In this document: piece after piece, positions 48,734-58,502 of the stretch
Position numbering within the stretch: position 1 is the first letter of the stretch
Layout: each line of letters begins with the position of its first letter
Source: Nitrospinales bacterium
GTDB taxonomy: Bacteria > Nitrospinota > Nitrospinia > Nitrospinales > VA-1
Length of the DNA: 64,000 nucleotides
NCBI GenBank assembly: GCA_965223795.1
Contig: CBDCXL010000002.1
Location: 1,120,001 to 1,184,000 of the forward strand
Direction of reading: 5' to 3'
Notes under the pieces: model-generated
The model's input: the letters and a program-made list of their open reading frames with translations, nothing else
What the model was told of the DNA's origin: nothing
Database searches by the model: none
Translations under genes and position numbers: made by a program

Positions 48734-49923
48734 TGGAGGAACTCAATTTTCTCAATGCCGCCGCCAAGGTGCTGGGAAGCACCGGTTTCACCGCCCTGAC
48801 CCCAGGACACGGCGTGATGATCGTTGTTTCCTTCGTCCTCCTTTATCTGGCAATCTGGAAAAAATTCGAGCCGCTTCTGCTTCTGCCCATCGGTTTCGGC
48901 TGTCTGATGGCCAACCTGCCGCTGAGCATGATGACGAACACGGACGAAGGCGGGCTGCTCAGCTTTTTCTACATGGGCGTGAAGCACGAGATCCTGCCGC
49001 CGCTGATTTTTCTGGGTGTGGGCGCGCTCACGGATTTCGGGCCGCTGCTCGCCAACCCCACGACGCTGCTATTGGGCGCGGCGGCTCAGATCGGCGTGTA
49101 CACAACGCTGATCGGCGCGGTGGCGCTGGGCTTCACGCTCGAAGAGGCGAGCGCCATCGGCATCATCGGCGGCGCGGACGGACCCACGTCCATTTTCATC
49201 GCCAGCAAACTGGCGCCCCACCTCTTGGCCCCCATTGCGGTGGCGGCGTATTCGTATATGTCGCTGGTCCCTCTCATTCAACCACCCATCATGCGCTTTT
49301 TGACTTCGAAGCAGGAGCGCACCATCAAGATGGAGCAGCTCAAACCGATCTCGCAGACAGTGAAGATCCTGTTTCCGATCGTGGTCACGGTGATCTGCTG
49401 CCTCATGCTGCCGGGCGTCACGCCGCTGTTGGGAATGCTGATGCTGGGCAACCTGTTCCGCGAGTGCGGCGTCACAGCGAGATTGCACGAAACCTCGGAA
49501 ACGCATCTGATCAACATCGTCACCATCCTGCTGGCGCTGGCGGTGGGATCGTCGATGACGGCGGAATCCTTTCTGAGACTGGAGACGATCAAGATCATCG
49601 TGCTGGGGCTTCTGGCCTTCTGCATGGCGACGGCGGGCGGGGTCTTGTTCGGCAAGCTCATGTGCAAGTTTTCCGGCGGCCGGGTCAATCCGCTGATCGG
49701 CTCGGCAGGCGTTTCGGCGGTGCCGATGGCCGCGCGCGTGTCGCAGAAGGTCGGCGCCGAAGAGGACCATTCGAATTTTCTTCTGATGCATGCGATGGGC
49801 CCCAACGTGGCGGGCGTCATCGGCAGCGCGGTGGCGGCGGGGGTGTTCATCTCCCTGTTCGGCACGCCCGGTCCGGAAACCCAGGCGGCGCTGGAAACGG
49901 CGCAAGAACTTCTGCTGCCTTAA
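48733..49923 (+). CDS. oadB: Na+-translocating decarboxylase beta subunit
   Basis: [58 protein letters not shown]. Confidence 0.95.
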   Translation: MEELNFLNAAAKVLGSTGFTALTPGHGVMIVVSFVLLYLAIWKKFEPLLLLPIGFGCLMANLPLSMMTNTDEGGLLSFFYMGVKHEILPPLIFLGVGALTDFGPLLANPTTLLLGAAAQIGVYTTLIGAVALGFTLEEASAIGIIGGADGPTSIFIASKLAPHLLAPIAVAAYSYMSLVPLIQPPIMRFLTSKQERTIKMEQLKPISQTVKILFPIVVTVICCLMLPGVTPLLGMLMLGNLFRECGVTARLHETSETHLINIVTILLALAVGSSMTAESFLRLETIKIIVLGLLAFCMATAGGVLFGKLMCKFSGGRVNPLIGSAGVSAVPMAARVSQKVGAEEDHSNFLLMHAMGPNVAGVIGSAVAAGVFISLFGTPGPETQAALETAQELLLP

Positions 49924-49931
49924 AGGAAATC

Positions 49932-50198
49932 ATGAACACCGCGCTTGCCACATCCGTTTCGGTTTCCCTGCTGGCGATGGGCGTCATCTTCGTCGTCCTC
50001 ACGCTGCTCATCTTCACCATCAACGTCCTGGTGAAGCTGGTTCCCTACAAGGCGCCGCCACCCGCTCCTGCGAAACCGAAAGCGCCCGCACCGGCCTCGG
50101 CAGAGGACGAACACATCGCCGCAATCTCGGCGGCGCTCGCCGCGCACATGGGCAAATCCCTCGACCAGTTCCGCATCGTCAACATTTCCTCGCGCTGA
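49932..50198 (+). CDS. oadG: Na+-translocating decarboxylase gamma subunit
   Basis: AAAGGA RBS; TM segment MGVIFVVLTLL, Pro/Ala linker, HIAAISAALAAH. Confidence 0.85.
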   Translation: MNTALATSVSVSLLAMGVIFVVLTLLIFTINVLVKLVPYKAPPPAPAKPKAPAPASAEDEHIAAISAALAAHMGKSLDQFRIVNISSR

Positions 50199-50229
50199 AA
50201 CGGCGCTGCTCAAAAAAACGCAGCCGCCG

Positions 50230-53200
50230 TCAATTGGTGTCTTCGGCGGGAAGGGTCAGGATGTATTCGGGAGTCTGCAAGATGCCCTGAAAGATGCCGG
50301 TCACTTTTTTGGTGAGGGAAGTGAATGGAATCGGCCGGATCCTGGGGTCGTCGAATTTGCCTTTGACGGTGAAATAAGTTTTCACCAGGCTCTGTTCGTC
50401 GCCGCCGGTGATGATTTTTCCGACCACGGGAATTTTGGTGAGGAACTTGTCGAGTTCCGCAAGCGGCGCGACTCCCAGAATGGCGTCGATTTCGTTGCGC
50501 TTGAGGTCGAACTTGCCGACGAGCGAACTGCGGCGGGTGGCGTCTTCGTAAATGAAGTTTTCGGTCTGGGCGAGGCTTTCGGACAGGGTGAACCTGCCCG
50601 CGATCTGCTTGTAGAGAGTCGGCCCTTTATTGTCAGCGGGCTCCTCGCCGACTTTTTTCAACGAGCCGAACAGACGCAGGGCGCCGAGCTTGAGACGCTG
50701 GTAATCGATCTTTCCGGAGCGGAAATCGAACGCGGCCTTGGCCACGAGGGAATTGCCGAACTCGGACCATCCCTTGCCCTGCCCTTTGACGCGGATATCG
50801 AGGGTCTTCATCTGCCCGGACAGGCCCCCCTCGAAGGTGTCCCCGAACAGTTCGAAAAAATGCCGCGCGGGGATCTCCTTGGCCTGCAGCAACCCGCGGA
50901 ACTGGGTGCGCTCGGAATCCTGAATCTCCAGCACGCCGCGGCCCTTGATGCGGCTGGGCTTGCCGAAATCCAGCCGCTTGATGTTGAGTTTCCGGTTTTC
51001 CACCGCGATGTCGCCGGAAACGGCTTTGAGGTTGAGCACGCGGTAATCCAGAGTGTCCAGGTCGAAGGCGATGCGGCAGGCGCCTTCGCTGAACAGGGTG
51101 AAATCGTGCAGCATCTTCACCATCCCGCCTTCCTTGCCGCTGCTCTCGGGCAACAGCTCGTCCAGAATCAGATCGCGTCCGAGAATCTTCAGATCCATTT
51201 TCGGCCGCGGCCCCTGCTTGTACTGGGCGCTGAACATCAGCCGGGTGCGGTCCGATTCCAGCTTGCCCTGCTGCACGTCGTAGTGGCCGCCGGCGAATGC
51301 CACACGCGCGTTGAGGATGAAGTCGTGCAGGTTGTCGCGCGGTGAAAATTTCAGATCCTTGAGATCGACGTTGCCGGAAAACTCGGCGTTGGCGATGTCT
51401 TTAAAATCTCCTTTTCCGGTGATGTTGAAATCGGCGATCCCGGCGCGGTTGTCGTTGAGCACTTCAAACACCGGAGCCACCACGTAGGTTTTGAAGTTTT
51501 TGGAATCCAGGGTGAGGGCGAACCGCTGGCTGTCCAGGTCGTCGATCCTGCCGCTGCCTGTGACGGTGTTTCCGCCCAGCTCGTATTCCAGCTCGTCGAT
51601 GCGGATGCCCTCACCTTCGCGGTAGGCGCCGCGCATCTGAAACTCGTTGAAAAAATTCTCCGGCTTGTCGAACGCGCCGCCGTAACGGTATCCGGCCTGG
51701 GACAGATCCAGCCTGTGGTCGAAGCGGAATCCCTCCGGCGTGCCGACGACCTTGAGCGTGGTCTCCGCCGTGCCGGTGAACTTGAGGTCCCCCAGAACCG
51801 GCAGGCCGGACAGCGAGGCGGTGGTCAGGTCCGGAGATTTCAGGATCAGGGAAACGTGCAGCCCGGTTTTATTTTTAGGCCCGATGTCGCCCTCCAGTTG
51901 AAAGCGCGAGCCGTTGTAAGTCCCCTGGATGTTCGCGAGGTGCAGCCGGTCTTCACCGAATTCCATGCCGCCTGTGAGCCCGCTGACGGGTTGCACCTTA
52001 TCGTCACGGGGCCTGAGCGTCAGGTTGACCAGCGAGATCTTGCCCCACTCCTTCATGCCGCCGGGCTGATCCGGATTTCCGTATTCATTGAAATCCACCT
52101 CGGCGCTGCCCTTGGTGAAGTCCATCTTACGATGTAGGGAATCGAACGGCGCGGACAGCTCAAGATCGGCGATGACTTTCGGGAGCTGTTCGGCGTGGAT
52201 CCGGAATATCCCGTTGGCGCTCTTGAGCGGAACGCCTTTGTTCAGGATGATCTTCCCTTCCATATTGGAGAAGGAACTCAGCCCGAATTTCCCGGATAGG
52301 TCTTCGTAATGCAGCAGCAGAAATTCTTTCCGGGTTCGCACGATGCGTTCCGGCAGCTGGCGGTAATGGATGATGCCGGTCACGTTTTCGAGCCGGGGGC
52401 CGATGGTTTTGTCGTTCAGGGAGACGTTGTCGAGAAACAGGCTCGCGTTGATGGAAAGGTCTTCGGGTTTCTCCAGCGGGCCGGAGAGGCGCAGGAGAAA
52501 TTTCCCGGGTCCCTTAAAATCGCTGTAATCGCTGAGATACGCCTGCGATTCCTGGTCGTCGCCGATCAGGTCGAGCAGAATCGCGTGAAACTTGCGCATG
52601 TCCACTCCGGTTTCAATGGAAAGGTCGGCGACGGGATTGAATATCATGTTGCGGATGGTTCCCTTGATGCTGGAGATCGCCTGGTTTTTGTACACGGCTC
52701 CGACGATTCTGACGGTGCTGATGCCCGATTCGAGCTGCACGGAACCGGTGACCTTCTTGAAGGGGAACAGCGGTTCCTGCCAGTCCATGTCTTCCATGGC
52801 GATATGCGCCGAAAACTGTTTGTGATTCTGCGGCTGGTCGAGATTTCTGAGCTGGCTCAAGGTGCCGGAAAACTGCATCGACTCGACTTTGATATTGCCG
52901 TTGCGGAACCGTTTGTGAACGCGCTGGTGGTACTCGTCGGGCAGGATGTGCAGGGGAAGGTAATTTTTGGTTTTGTTGATCGGAATGCTGCTGGTGGAAA
53001 ATTCAAAGGTGATCGCGGGGTCTTCGGACTGAAACGCGGACAGGATGCCTCTGCCGGTGAACTCGAATTCTCCGGTCTGCATCCGCACTTCGCGGACGTC
53101 GAATCGATCCTGGTTCATGCGGACGCTGTAATCGAGTGTTCCTTTCGGAGGAAACGGGACATCCGCCGCTTTTGCGGTTTCCGGATCGAGCACGTACTGA

Positions 53201-54051
53201 AATTTCCCGGTGGTCTGCAACCCTTCCCGGAGACCGCCGGAAAATCCCGATTCCAGGGACACGCGCGCTTCCTTGAGGCTTTCGGGTATCCAGCGTGTGA
53301 GGTAGGGCTGAAACCGTTTCACTTCCAGATTCTCGATCTCGGCGAATCCTTCCACGGACAGATCGGCCATCACGCGGTTCTTGAGCGAGGTGTCCGCGCT
53401 TCCGGAAAAATGGAACAGGGCCGGGGTGAGTTTTCCGGGAAGCGAGCCTTCGAACTTGAACTCGAAAGGAATCTGCAGCAGTTTTTTCCGCAGCAGCAGG
53501 TAGATGTCCTGCACCACGATGGGTTCCGGCGCGGGCAGACTGGACATTTTGTAATCGTAAAACCTGAGCGTCCCGCCTTTCACTTCGACCCGGCGCATGA
53601 ATTTTGCGTTGAGGACTTTGAGCAGCCCCTCTCCCGAAGCGCCCGCCGCTCCCGGCTTGCCGAGACTGATGTTGAAGGCCCCGGTCTCGTCGCGGATCAC
53701 CTGAATGGACGCGCCTTCGACGACGATTTTTTTCAGCTCGACTCTCTGCCTGAGCAGGGGCCAGAACTTGATGACCATCCACAATTTCTTCGCGAAGAAT
53801 CGGGGCTCGCCCTGGTGAAACCCGCCGATGCGCACATCCAGAATCTGAACGCGGATGCCTTTGGTGAAGCTCATGTCGGCGGCGCTGATGGACACTTCCC
53901 GGCCGGTCAGGCGCTCGAGCTGTTCGACGGCGACTTTTTTGATGTTCTCGATATCGCTGAGCTGATAAAACACCGCGGCGCCGACGGCGAGGACGGTCAG
54001 GAACAGCACGGCCACGGTGTACAGGGCGATCTTTTTTTTGGAAGCGGCCAT
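50230..54051 (-). CDS. AsmA/YhdP-like large periplasmic protein
   Basis: N-terminal TM, RDETGAFNI AsmA-N region, AsmA_2-like C-terminus (KIPVVGKII..G..YFTVKG..DDP). Confidence 0.8.
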   Translation of the reverse strand: MAASKKKIALYTVAVLFLTVLAVGAAVFYQLSDIENIKKVAVEQLERLTGREVSISAADMSFTKGIRVQILDVRIGGFHQGEPRFFAKKLWMVIKFWPLLRQRVELKKIVVEGASIQVIRDETGAFNISLGKPGAAGASGEGLLKVLNAKFMRRVEVKGGTLRFYDYKMSSLPAPEPIVVQDIYLLLRKKLLQIPFEFKFEGSLPGKLTPALFHFSGSADTSLKNRVMADLSVEGFAEIENLEVKRFQPYLTRWIPESLKEARVSLESGFSGGLREGLQTTGKFQYVLDPETAKAADVPFPPKGTLDYSVRMNQDRFDVREVRMQTGEFEFTGRGILSAFQSEDPAITFEFSTSSIPINKTKNYLPLHILPDEYHQRVHKRFRNGNIKVESMQFSGTLSQLRNLDQPQNHKQFSAHIAMEDMDWQEPLFPFKKVTGSVQLESGISTVRIVGAVYKNQAISSIKGTIRNMIFNPVADLSIETGVDMRKFHAILLDLIGDDQESQAYLSDYSDFKGPGKFLLRLSGPLEKPEDLSINASLFLDNVSLNDKTIGPRLENVTGIIHYRQLPERIVRTRKEFLLLHYEDLSGKFGLSSFSNMEGKIILNKGVPLKSANGIFRIHAEQLPKVIADLELSAPFDSLHRKMDFTKGSAEVDFNEYGNPDQPGGMKEWGKISLVNLTLRPRDDKVQPVSGLTGGMEFGEDRLHLANIQGTYNGSRFQLEGDIGPKNKTGLHVSLILKSPDLTTASLSGLPVLGDLKFTGTAETTLKVVGTPEGFRFDHRLDLSQAGYRYGGAFDKPENFFNEFQMRGAYREGEGIRIDELEYELGGNTVTGSGRIDDLDSQRFALTLDSKNFKTYVVAPVFEVLNDNRAGIADFNITGKGDFKDIANAEFSGNVDLKDLKFSPRDNLHDFILNARVAFAGGHYDVQQGKLESDRTRLMFSAQYKQGPRPKMDLKILGRDLILDELLPESSGKEGGMVKMLHDFTLFSEGACRIAFDLDTLDYRVLNLKAVSGDIAVENRKLNIKRLDFGKPSRIKGRGVLEIQDSERTQFRGLLQAKEIPARHFFELFGDTFEGGLSGQMKTLDIRVKGQGKGWSEFGNSLVAKAAFDFRSGKIDYQRLKLGALRLFGSLKKVGEEPADNKGPTLYKQIAGRFTLSESLAQTENFIYEDATRRSSLVGKFDLKRNEIDAILGVAPLAELDKFLTKIPVVGKIITGGDEQSLVKTYFTVKGKFDDPRIRPIPFTSLTKKVTGIFQGILQTPEYILTLPAEDTN

Positions 54052-54198
54052 GGAAAGTCGGCGGATCAAATCCGAAACAGGTTAGAATGGTCCTCAACGA
54101 TGAATGTCAATGAAACCCGCTGATGCATACCCGATCGGACTCTCGCAGCAACAAGCGGCCTGGGATTGGCGCGGGTCCTTATTTAATCAACCGGTGTC

Positions 54199-54969
54199 AT
54201 GCGTGAAAAAAAACCGAATCTGATCTTCGGCATCCATCCGGTCACGAAAGCGCTCAACAACAGGCAGCGGGAATGCTACAAACTCGTTGTCAAAGAAGGC
54301 GCTGCCAAATCCAGAATCGGCGCGGTGTTGCCCCTGGCGAAAGCCAGGCGGGTGAAGGTGGAAACGCTGCCGGCAGCGGCGTTCAACGAGAAATACCGCG
54401 GCCATGTCCATCAAAATATTATAGGCTATTTTTCGGCAAAAAAATCGCTGGATCTGGAGGACCTGATCGCTCAGGCGCTGGAGCACGACCCGGCGCCGAC
54501 CCTGGTGTTGCTGGATGAAATCCAGGACCCGCAGAACCTCGGGGCGATTCTTCGCTCCGCCGAAGCACTGGGTATTCAAGGCATCGTCCTGCCCAGGCGG
54601 CGCAGCGCGCCGCTCAGCGAGGCGGCCGCGAAGAGCTCCGCCGGGGCGATCGAGCACCTGGACTGCGCCACCGTGTCCAGCCTGAGCCTTGCGGTGGATC
54701 TATTGAAAAAAGCCGGGTTCTGGATCGTGGCGGTGGATGCGGCGGGCGGGACGCCCTGTCACGCATTTTCTTTCGACATGCCGCACGCCCTGATCATAGG
54801 CGGGGAAGCCAAGGGGATCCGCCCGCTGCTCCGGAAAAAATGCGATTTTCACGTATCCATCCCGATGACGGGAGCCACGGAAGCGTTGAACGCATCCGCG
54901 GCGGCGGCGGTGATCTTCTATGAAATCCTGCGGCAAAAAAAATCCAGCGGACCCGCTCTGTCCAAATAG
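54199..54969 (+). CDS. rlmB: 23S rRNA Gm2251 methyltransferase (SpoU family)
   Basis: IFGIHPV, HQNI, LDEIQDPQNLGAILRSA, GGEAKGIR, IPM.G..EALNAS. Confidence 0.92.
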   Translation: MREKKPNLIFGIHPVTKALNNRQRECYKLVVKEGAAKSRIGAVLPLAKARRVKVETLPAAAFNEKYRGHVHQNIIGYFSAKKSLDLEDLIAQALEHDPAPTLVLLDEIQDPQNLGAILRSAEALGIQGIVLPRRRSAPLSEAAAKSSAGAIEHLDCATVSSLSLAVDLLKKAGFWIVAVDAAGGTPCHAFSFDMPHALIIGGEAKGIRPLLRKKCDFHVSIPMTGATEALNASAAAAVIFYEILRQKKSSGPALSK

Positions 54970-55040
54970 GAAATGGCTTAAGGGCAATGAGCGCGCTTTG
55001 TCTGGCCGGGGCCGCCGGGGTGGCCGGCAAATGAAGCCAC

Positions 55041-55080
55041 AAAAAAAGCGGCCCAACCCTGAGGCTGGAACGCCGCTTTT
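55041..55080 (-). terminator. Intrinsic terminator after rpsU, possibly bidirectional
   Basis: AAAAGCGGC...GCCGCTTTT stem with a flanking A7 tract. Confidence 0.6.
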
Positions 55081-55104
55081 CGCACTGCTGAACTGCCGCA
55101 CCGG

Positions 55105-55305
55105 TTACATCGAGAACGAACGCCTTCGCCTCATGGCGGCTTTTCTTTTCTTTTTCGCTTCTTTCTGCTTGCGCTTTTTCTTCACGGAAGGCTTTTCATA
55201 AAACCTTCTGCGTTTGAGCTCTTTGAGCAGCCCTTCTTTCGTCATCTGCCGCTTGAGCACTTTCAACGCTTTTTCAACCTGATTCTGGTATACGGTTACT
55301 TCCAA
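55105..55305 (-). CDS. rpsU: 30S ribosomal protein S21
   Basis: EKALKVLKR..KEG..KELKRRRFYEKPS; TTG start with GGAGGT RBS. Confidence 0.95.
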   Translation of the reverse strand: MEVTVYQNQVEKALKVLKRQMTKEGLLKELKRRRFYEKPSVKKKRKQKEAKKKRKAAMRRRRSFSM

Positions 55306-55456
55306 TAAGGATTACACCTCCCTCTGTCGTGGAATGAAAAATAACCCGAAATTCAATGATTTTGGTATCCATGCCGGTCTGAGACAATCCTGCACGGATG
55401 GACCCGCGCTCTTCAATGACCGGTTTCGCCTGAAAACAAGAAACAGTAAATAGGAA

Positions 55457-55485
55457 ATTATGGCGGCAATCGGGAAGGAAGTCAA
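55457..55485 (-). promoter_or_regulatory. Sigma70-type promoter for rpsU
   Basis: Minus strand TTGACT, 17-nt spacer, CATAAT. Confidence 0.6.
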
Positions 55486-55595
55486 TACTTTAATATGGAA
55501 AGGCCGTTGTTTTTTCGGGTCAAGGCCGCTCAGGACGATTTGGTTTGCGTTTGCGTTTCCTGTATATTTGAGGAAAATCCCACTTTAACCCGTGT

Positions 55596-56828
55596 GTGAA
55601 CCTCATGAACCGATCCCCTGTCCTGCTCTCGATCAAGATCATCGTCGCGACGCTTTTTCTGTTCTGGATCCTTTCCGTGGCCCAGAAAGGCAGCGCGGAA
55701 GACTTCGCCGTGCCCAATCAGGGTTCGCCTTACATCGACCTCAAGCAGGTGGAAACCGGGCAGATCGTTCATGTTCCCACAGGGGTGCGGGTGACGAAAG
55801 AACAGATGATCGAGACCCTCGCGGGCGCGCGCGTCGTCTACATCGGCGAGACGCACGACAATCTGGAGGCGCACCGGGTGCAGCTGGAAGTCATCCGCGC
55901 CCTGGCCGAGATGGGTCCGGTGGCCGTGGGCATGGAGATGTTCCGCGTCTCCGCCCAGGAGGAACTGGACCGCTGGCGCAACGGCGGACTGAGCGACTTG
56001 GAGTTCAAAAAGCTGTTCGCCAAAAACTGGGGCCCCGGTTACCGCTTGTACCAGCCGATTTTCGATTACCTGAAAGAAAAGTCGATCCCGCTTTTGGGCC
56101 TGAAATCGTCGCGGGCCATGGAGGATGCGCTGCGCGGCAAGGGCAACGCCTCGCGGCCGCTGCCCGAGCTCGATTCAACCGACACCTATCACAACGCCTA
56201 TTCGATGTCGATTTTCGGCGGCCACGGCGACCATGCGCAGGCCCTCAGCAAGCCCTATCAGATGCTGCTGTTGTGGGAAGAGACCATGGCGGAAACGGTG
56301 GCGGCGTTCGTGCGCAACCCGGAACACAAGCACCGCAAGCTGGTGGTGCTGGCGGGCGGCTTCCACGTGCAGTACGGTTTCGGCGTTCCCAAGCGGGCGT
56401 TCCGCCGGGCTCCGCACGCCTATTCCATCGTGCTGCCGACGGTGACCCACATGCCGGCGGAACTGAAAGACCGGGAGATGAAGGTCGAGCACGTTTCCAT
56501 CCCGCTATACATGGCGGATTTCGCCTGGAAGCTCGATTACAGGGTGCTGCCGGAGAACAAGATCAAGCTGGGTGTGCAGCTCAAGGAGGAAGCCGCGGGG
56601 GTGAGCGTGACCTGGGTCAGCGATCTTTCCAACGCCCGCAGGGCGGGCATCCAGGTCGGCGATGTGCTGACCGCCATGAACGGGCAAGCCATCGGCGGCG
56701 TGCACGATCTGGTGGAACGGCTGCAGACGTTCCGCCTGGGCGACAAGACGGTGTTCTCGCTCACGCGGGAAGGAAAAGACATGGAGGTGGAAGTGCACCT
56801 CAAGGAATCGCCGCCGCACAAACCCTGA
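55596..56828 (+). CDS. ChaN-family exported protein with C-terminal PDZ domain
   Basis: VVYIGETHDN..HRVQL, VGMEMF, WEETMAE, AGGFHV.YG.GVP; PDZ AGIQVGDVLTAMNG. Confidence 0.82.
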   Translation: MNLMNRSPVLLSIKIIVATLFLFWILSVAQKGSAEDFAVPNQGSPYIDLKQVETGQIVHVPTGVRVTKEQMIETLAGARVVYIGETHDNLEAHRVQLEVIRALAEMGPVAVGMEMFRVSAQEELDRWRNGGLSDLEFKKLFAKNWGPGYRLYQPIFDYLKEKSIPLLGLKSSRAMEDALRGKGNASRPLPELDSTDTYHNAYSMSIFGGHGDHAQALSKPYQMLLLWEETMAETVAAFVRNPEHKHRKLVVLAGGFHVQYGFGVPKRAFRRAPHAYSIVLPTVTHMPAELKDREMKVEHVSIPLYMADFAWKLDYRVLPENKIKLGVQLKEEAAGVSVTWVSDLSNARRAGIQVGDVLTAMNGQAIGGVHDLVERLQTFRLGDKTVFSLTREGKDMEVEVHLKESPPHKP

Positions 56829-56881
56829 CCGAAGCGGTCTTCCCGAAACCGGCGCGGATGCCCATACGGGCAGATTTCAAG

Positions 56882-57655
56882 TCAGACCGCGGCGGGGGTT
56901 TTCAAGGAATCGATCAGCGACTGCATGTCGTTGTCGCCGGTGAGCTTGAGAAAGATCTCTTCCAGATCGCCGTGATCGTTTTCCGCCTTGCGGCGCATCT
57001 CATCGAGCGTGCCGCAGGCGATCACCCTGCCTTTTTGAATGATCCCCACCCGATGGCACATCGCTTCGGCGATCCCCAGTGAATGGGTCGACATGAACAC
57101 GGTGGTGTTCTCCTCGCGGCACAGATCCTGAAACAGGTTCTTCACCTGACGGGCGCCCCTGGGGTCGAGCCCGACCATGGGTTCGTCCACCACGACCACT
57201 TTGGGGTTGGGGATCAGCGCGCCGGAGATGATGAGCTTCTGCTTCATGCCGTGGGAAAATCCTTCGATCATTTCGCCGCCGACATCCGCGAGATCGAAAA
57301 ACTCGAGGAACTTGCGTGCCCGGTCCTGGGCGGTGCGCCGCTCCATGCCGTGCAGGTCCGCCACGAACTCCAGGTACTCCAGTCCGGTGAGCTTTTCATA
57401 GATGTAGGGCCGGTCGGGAATGTAGCCGATCATCGATTTCGCCCGCACCGGATTTTCGCGGATGTCGATGCCGCCGATCACGATGGAACCGCTGGTGGGC
57501 TTGAGCAGTCCCAACAGCATTTTGATGGTGGTGGTCTTTCCCGCCCCGTTGGGGCCGAGAAATCCGAACAGCTCGCCTGGGGGAATGTTCAGGTTCAGGC
57601 GGTCCACCGCAACCACCGAGGCGTATTTTTTCACCAGATCCTTGATTTCGATCAC
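56882..57655 (-). CDS. ABC transporter ATP-binding protein (ABC-2 type)
   Basis: GPNGAGKTT, signature FSHGMKQ, VVDEP, STH. Confidence 0.93.
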   Translation of the reverse strand: MIEIKDLVKKYASVVAVDRLNLNIPPGELFGFLGPNGAGKTTTIKMLLGLLKPTSGSIVIGGIDIRENPVRAKSMIGYIPDRPYIYEKLTGLEYLEFVADLHGMERRTAQDRARKFLEFFDLADVGGEMIEGFSHGMKQKLIISGALIPNPKVVVVDEPMVGLDPRGARQVKNLFQDLCREENTTVFMSTHSLGIAEAMCHRVGIIQKGRVIACGTLDEMRRKAENDHGDLEEIFLKLTGDNDMQSLIDSLKTPAAV

Positions 57656-57675
57656 GACGCGCTCCCTCCTCCTGT

Positions 57676-57954
57676 TTAACGAATTTCAAACGAATCCATG
57701 CCTTCCGGCGCGGTCTCCGCCGTATCGAGCGTGTCCACCCGGGCAGCCGGCGGCCCTTCCCGGCACCAATCCGTGAACCGGTTCAACGCCTGACGGCTGC
57801 CTTCGGCGTGGATTTCGACGGCGCCGTCGGGATTGTTTTTCACCCAGCCGGTGAGCTTGAGTTCGCGGGCTTTTGCCTGTGCGCTGGCGCGGTACCAGAC
57901 TCCCTGGACGCGGCCGCGCACGACGATATGAACCGCGTTTGTTTCCATGGTCAA
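57676..57954 (-). CDS. acyP: Acylphosphatase
   Basis: GRVQGVWYR, GWVKN..DGAVE, GPPAARV. Confidence 0.93.
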   Translation of the reverse strand: MTMETNAVHIVVRGRVQGVWYRASAQAKARELKLTGWVKNNPDGAVEIHAEGSRQALNRFTDWCREGPPAARVDTLDTAETAPEGMDSFEIR

Positions 57955-58199
57955 CGCTTGCGGTTCGCTTCCTCGAACAGGTGCTGAACCTCGCGGTACA
58001 CCTCGAATTTGGAACCGTCGCCGATCTTGGCGCCGAACTTTCCCAGATCCCGCATGATGCGCTGGAACTCGGAGGTGCTGCCGGAAAAATTCTCGATCAG
58101 AGGCCTGAAATAGGCCTGCTCGTCCTCGTCGAGCCGGTCGCAGATGACCCGCAGTCGATTTTTCAGGGGTTCGAAATCTTTCTCCATAGGTCTTTCCAT
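57951..58199 (-). CDS. Small hypothetical protein
   Basis: Overlaps the acyP start by 4 nt; typical codon usage; start uncertain (58199 or 58187). Confidence 0.6.
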   Translation of the reverse strand: MERPMEKDFEPLKNRLRVICDRLDEDEQAYFRPLIENFSGSTSEFQRIMRDLGKFGAKIGDGSKFEVYREVQHLFEEANRKR

Positions 58200-58502
58200 C
58201 TTAACGGCGGCCTGCCGTGTTTGCAAGCCACAAGCCCGTTCCGCCACCGCCGGGCTCAAAATAAACGCCTGTTTATCAACCCATTTACTCCCATTCCCGG
58301 TCCTGGTTCAAGACCGGTGGAAAACGGGCGAGGGCTTTTTTTACAATAATTTATCATTATCCGGAAAGTTCATGTTAAGATTAGTACTCAACCATTTGAA
58401 ACTAAATGATTTAATTAAAATCGCCCCCTCGACACGCGGAGATGTGCGGCTGCCCCCTGGGGCGCACTTTGAACGCCTGTTTGGGCACTTATACGACTGA
58501 CG

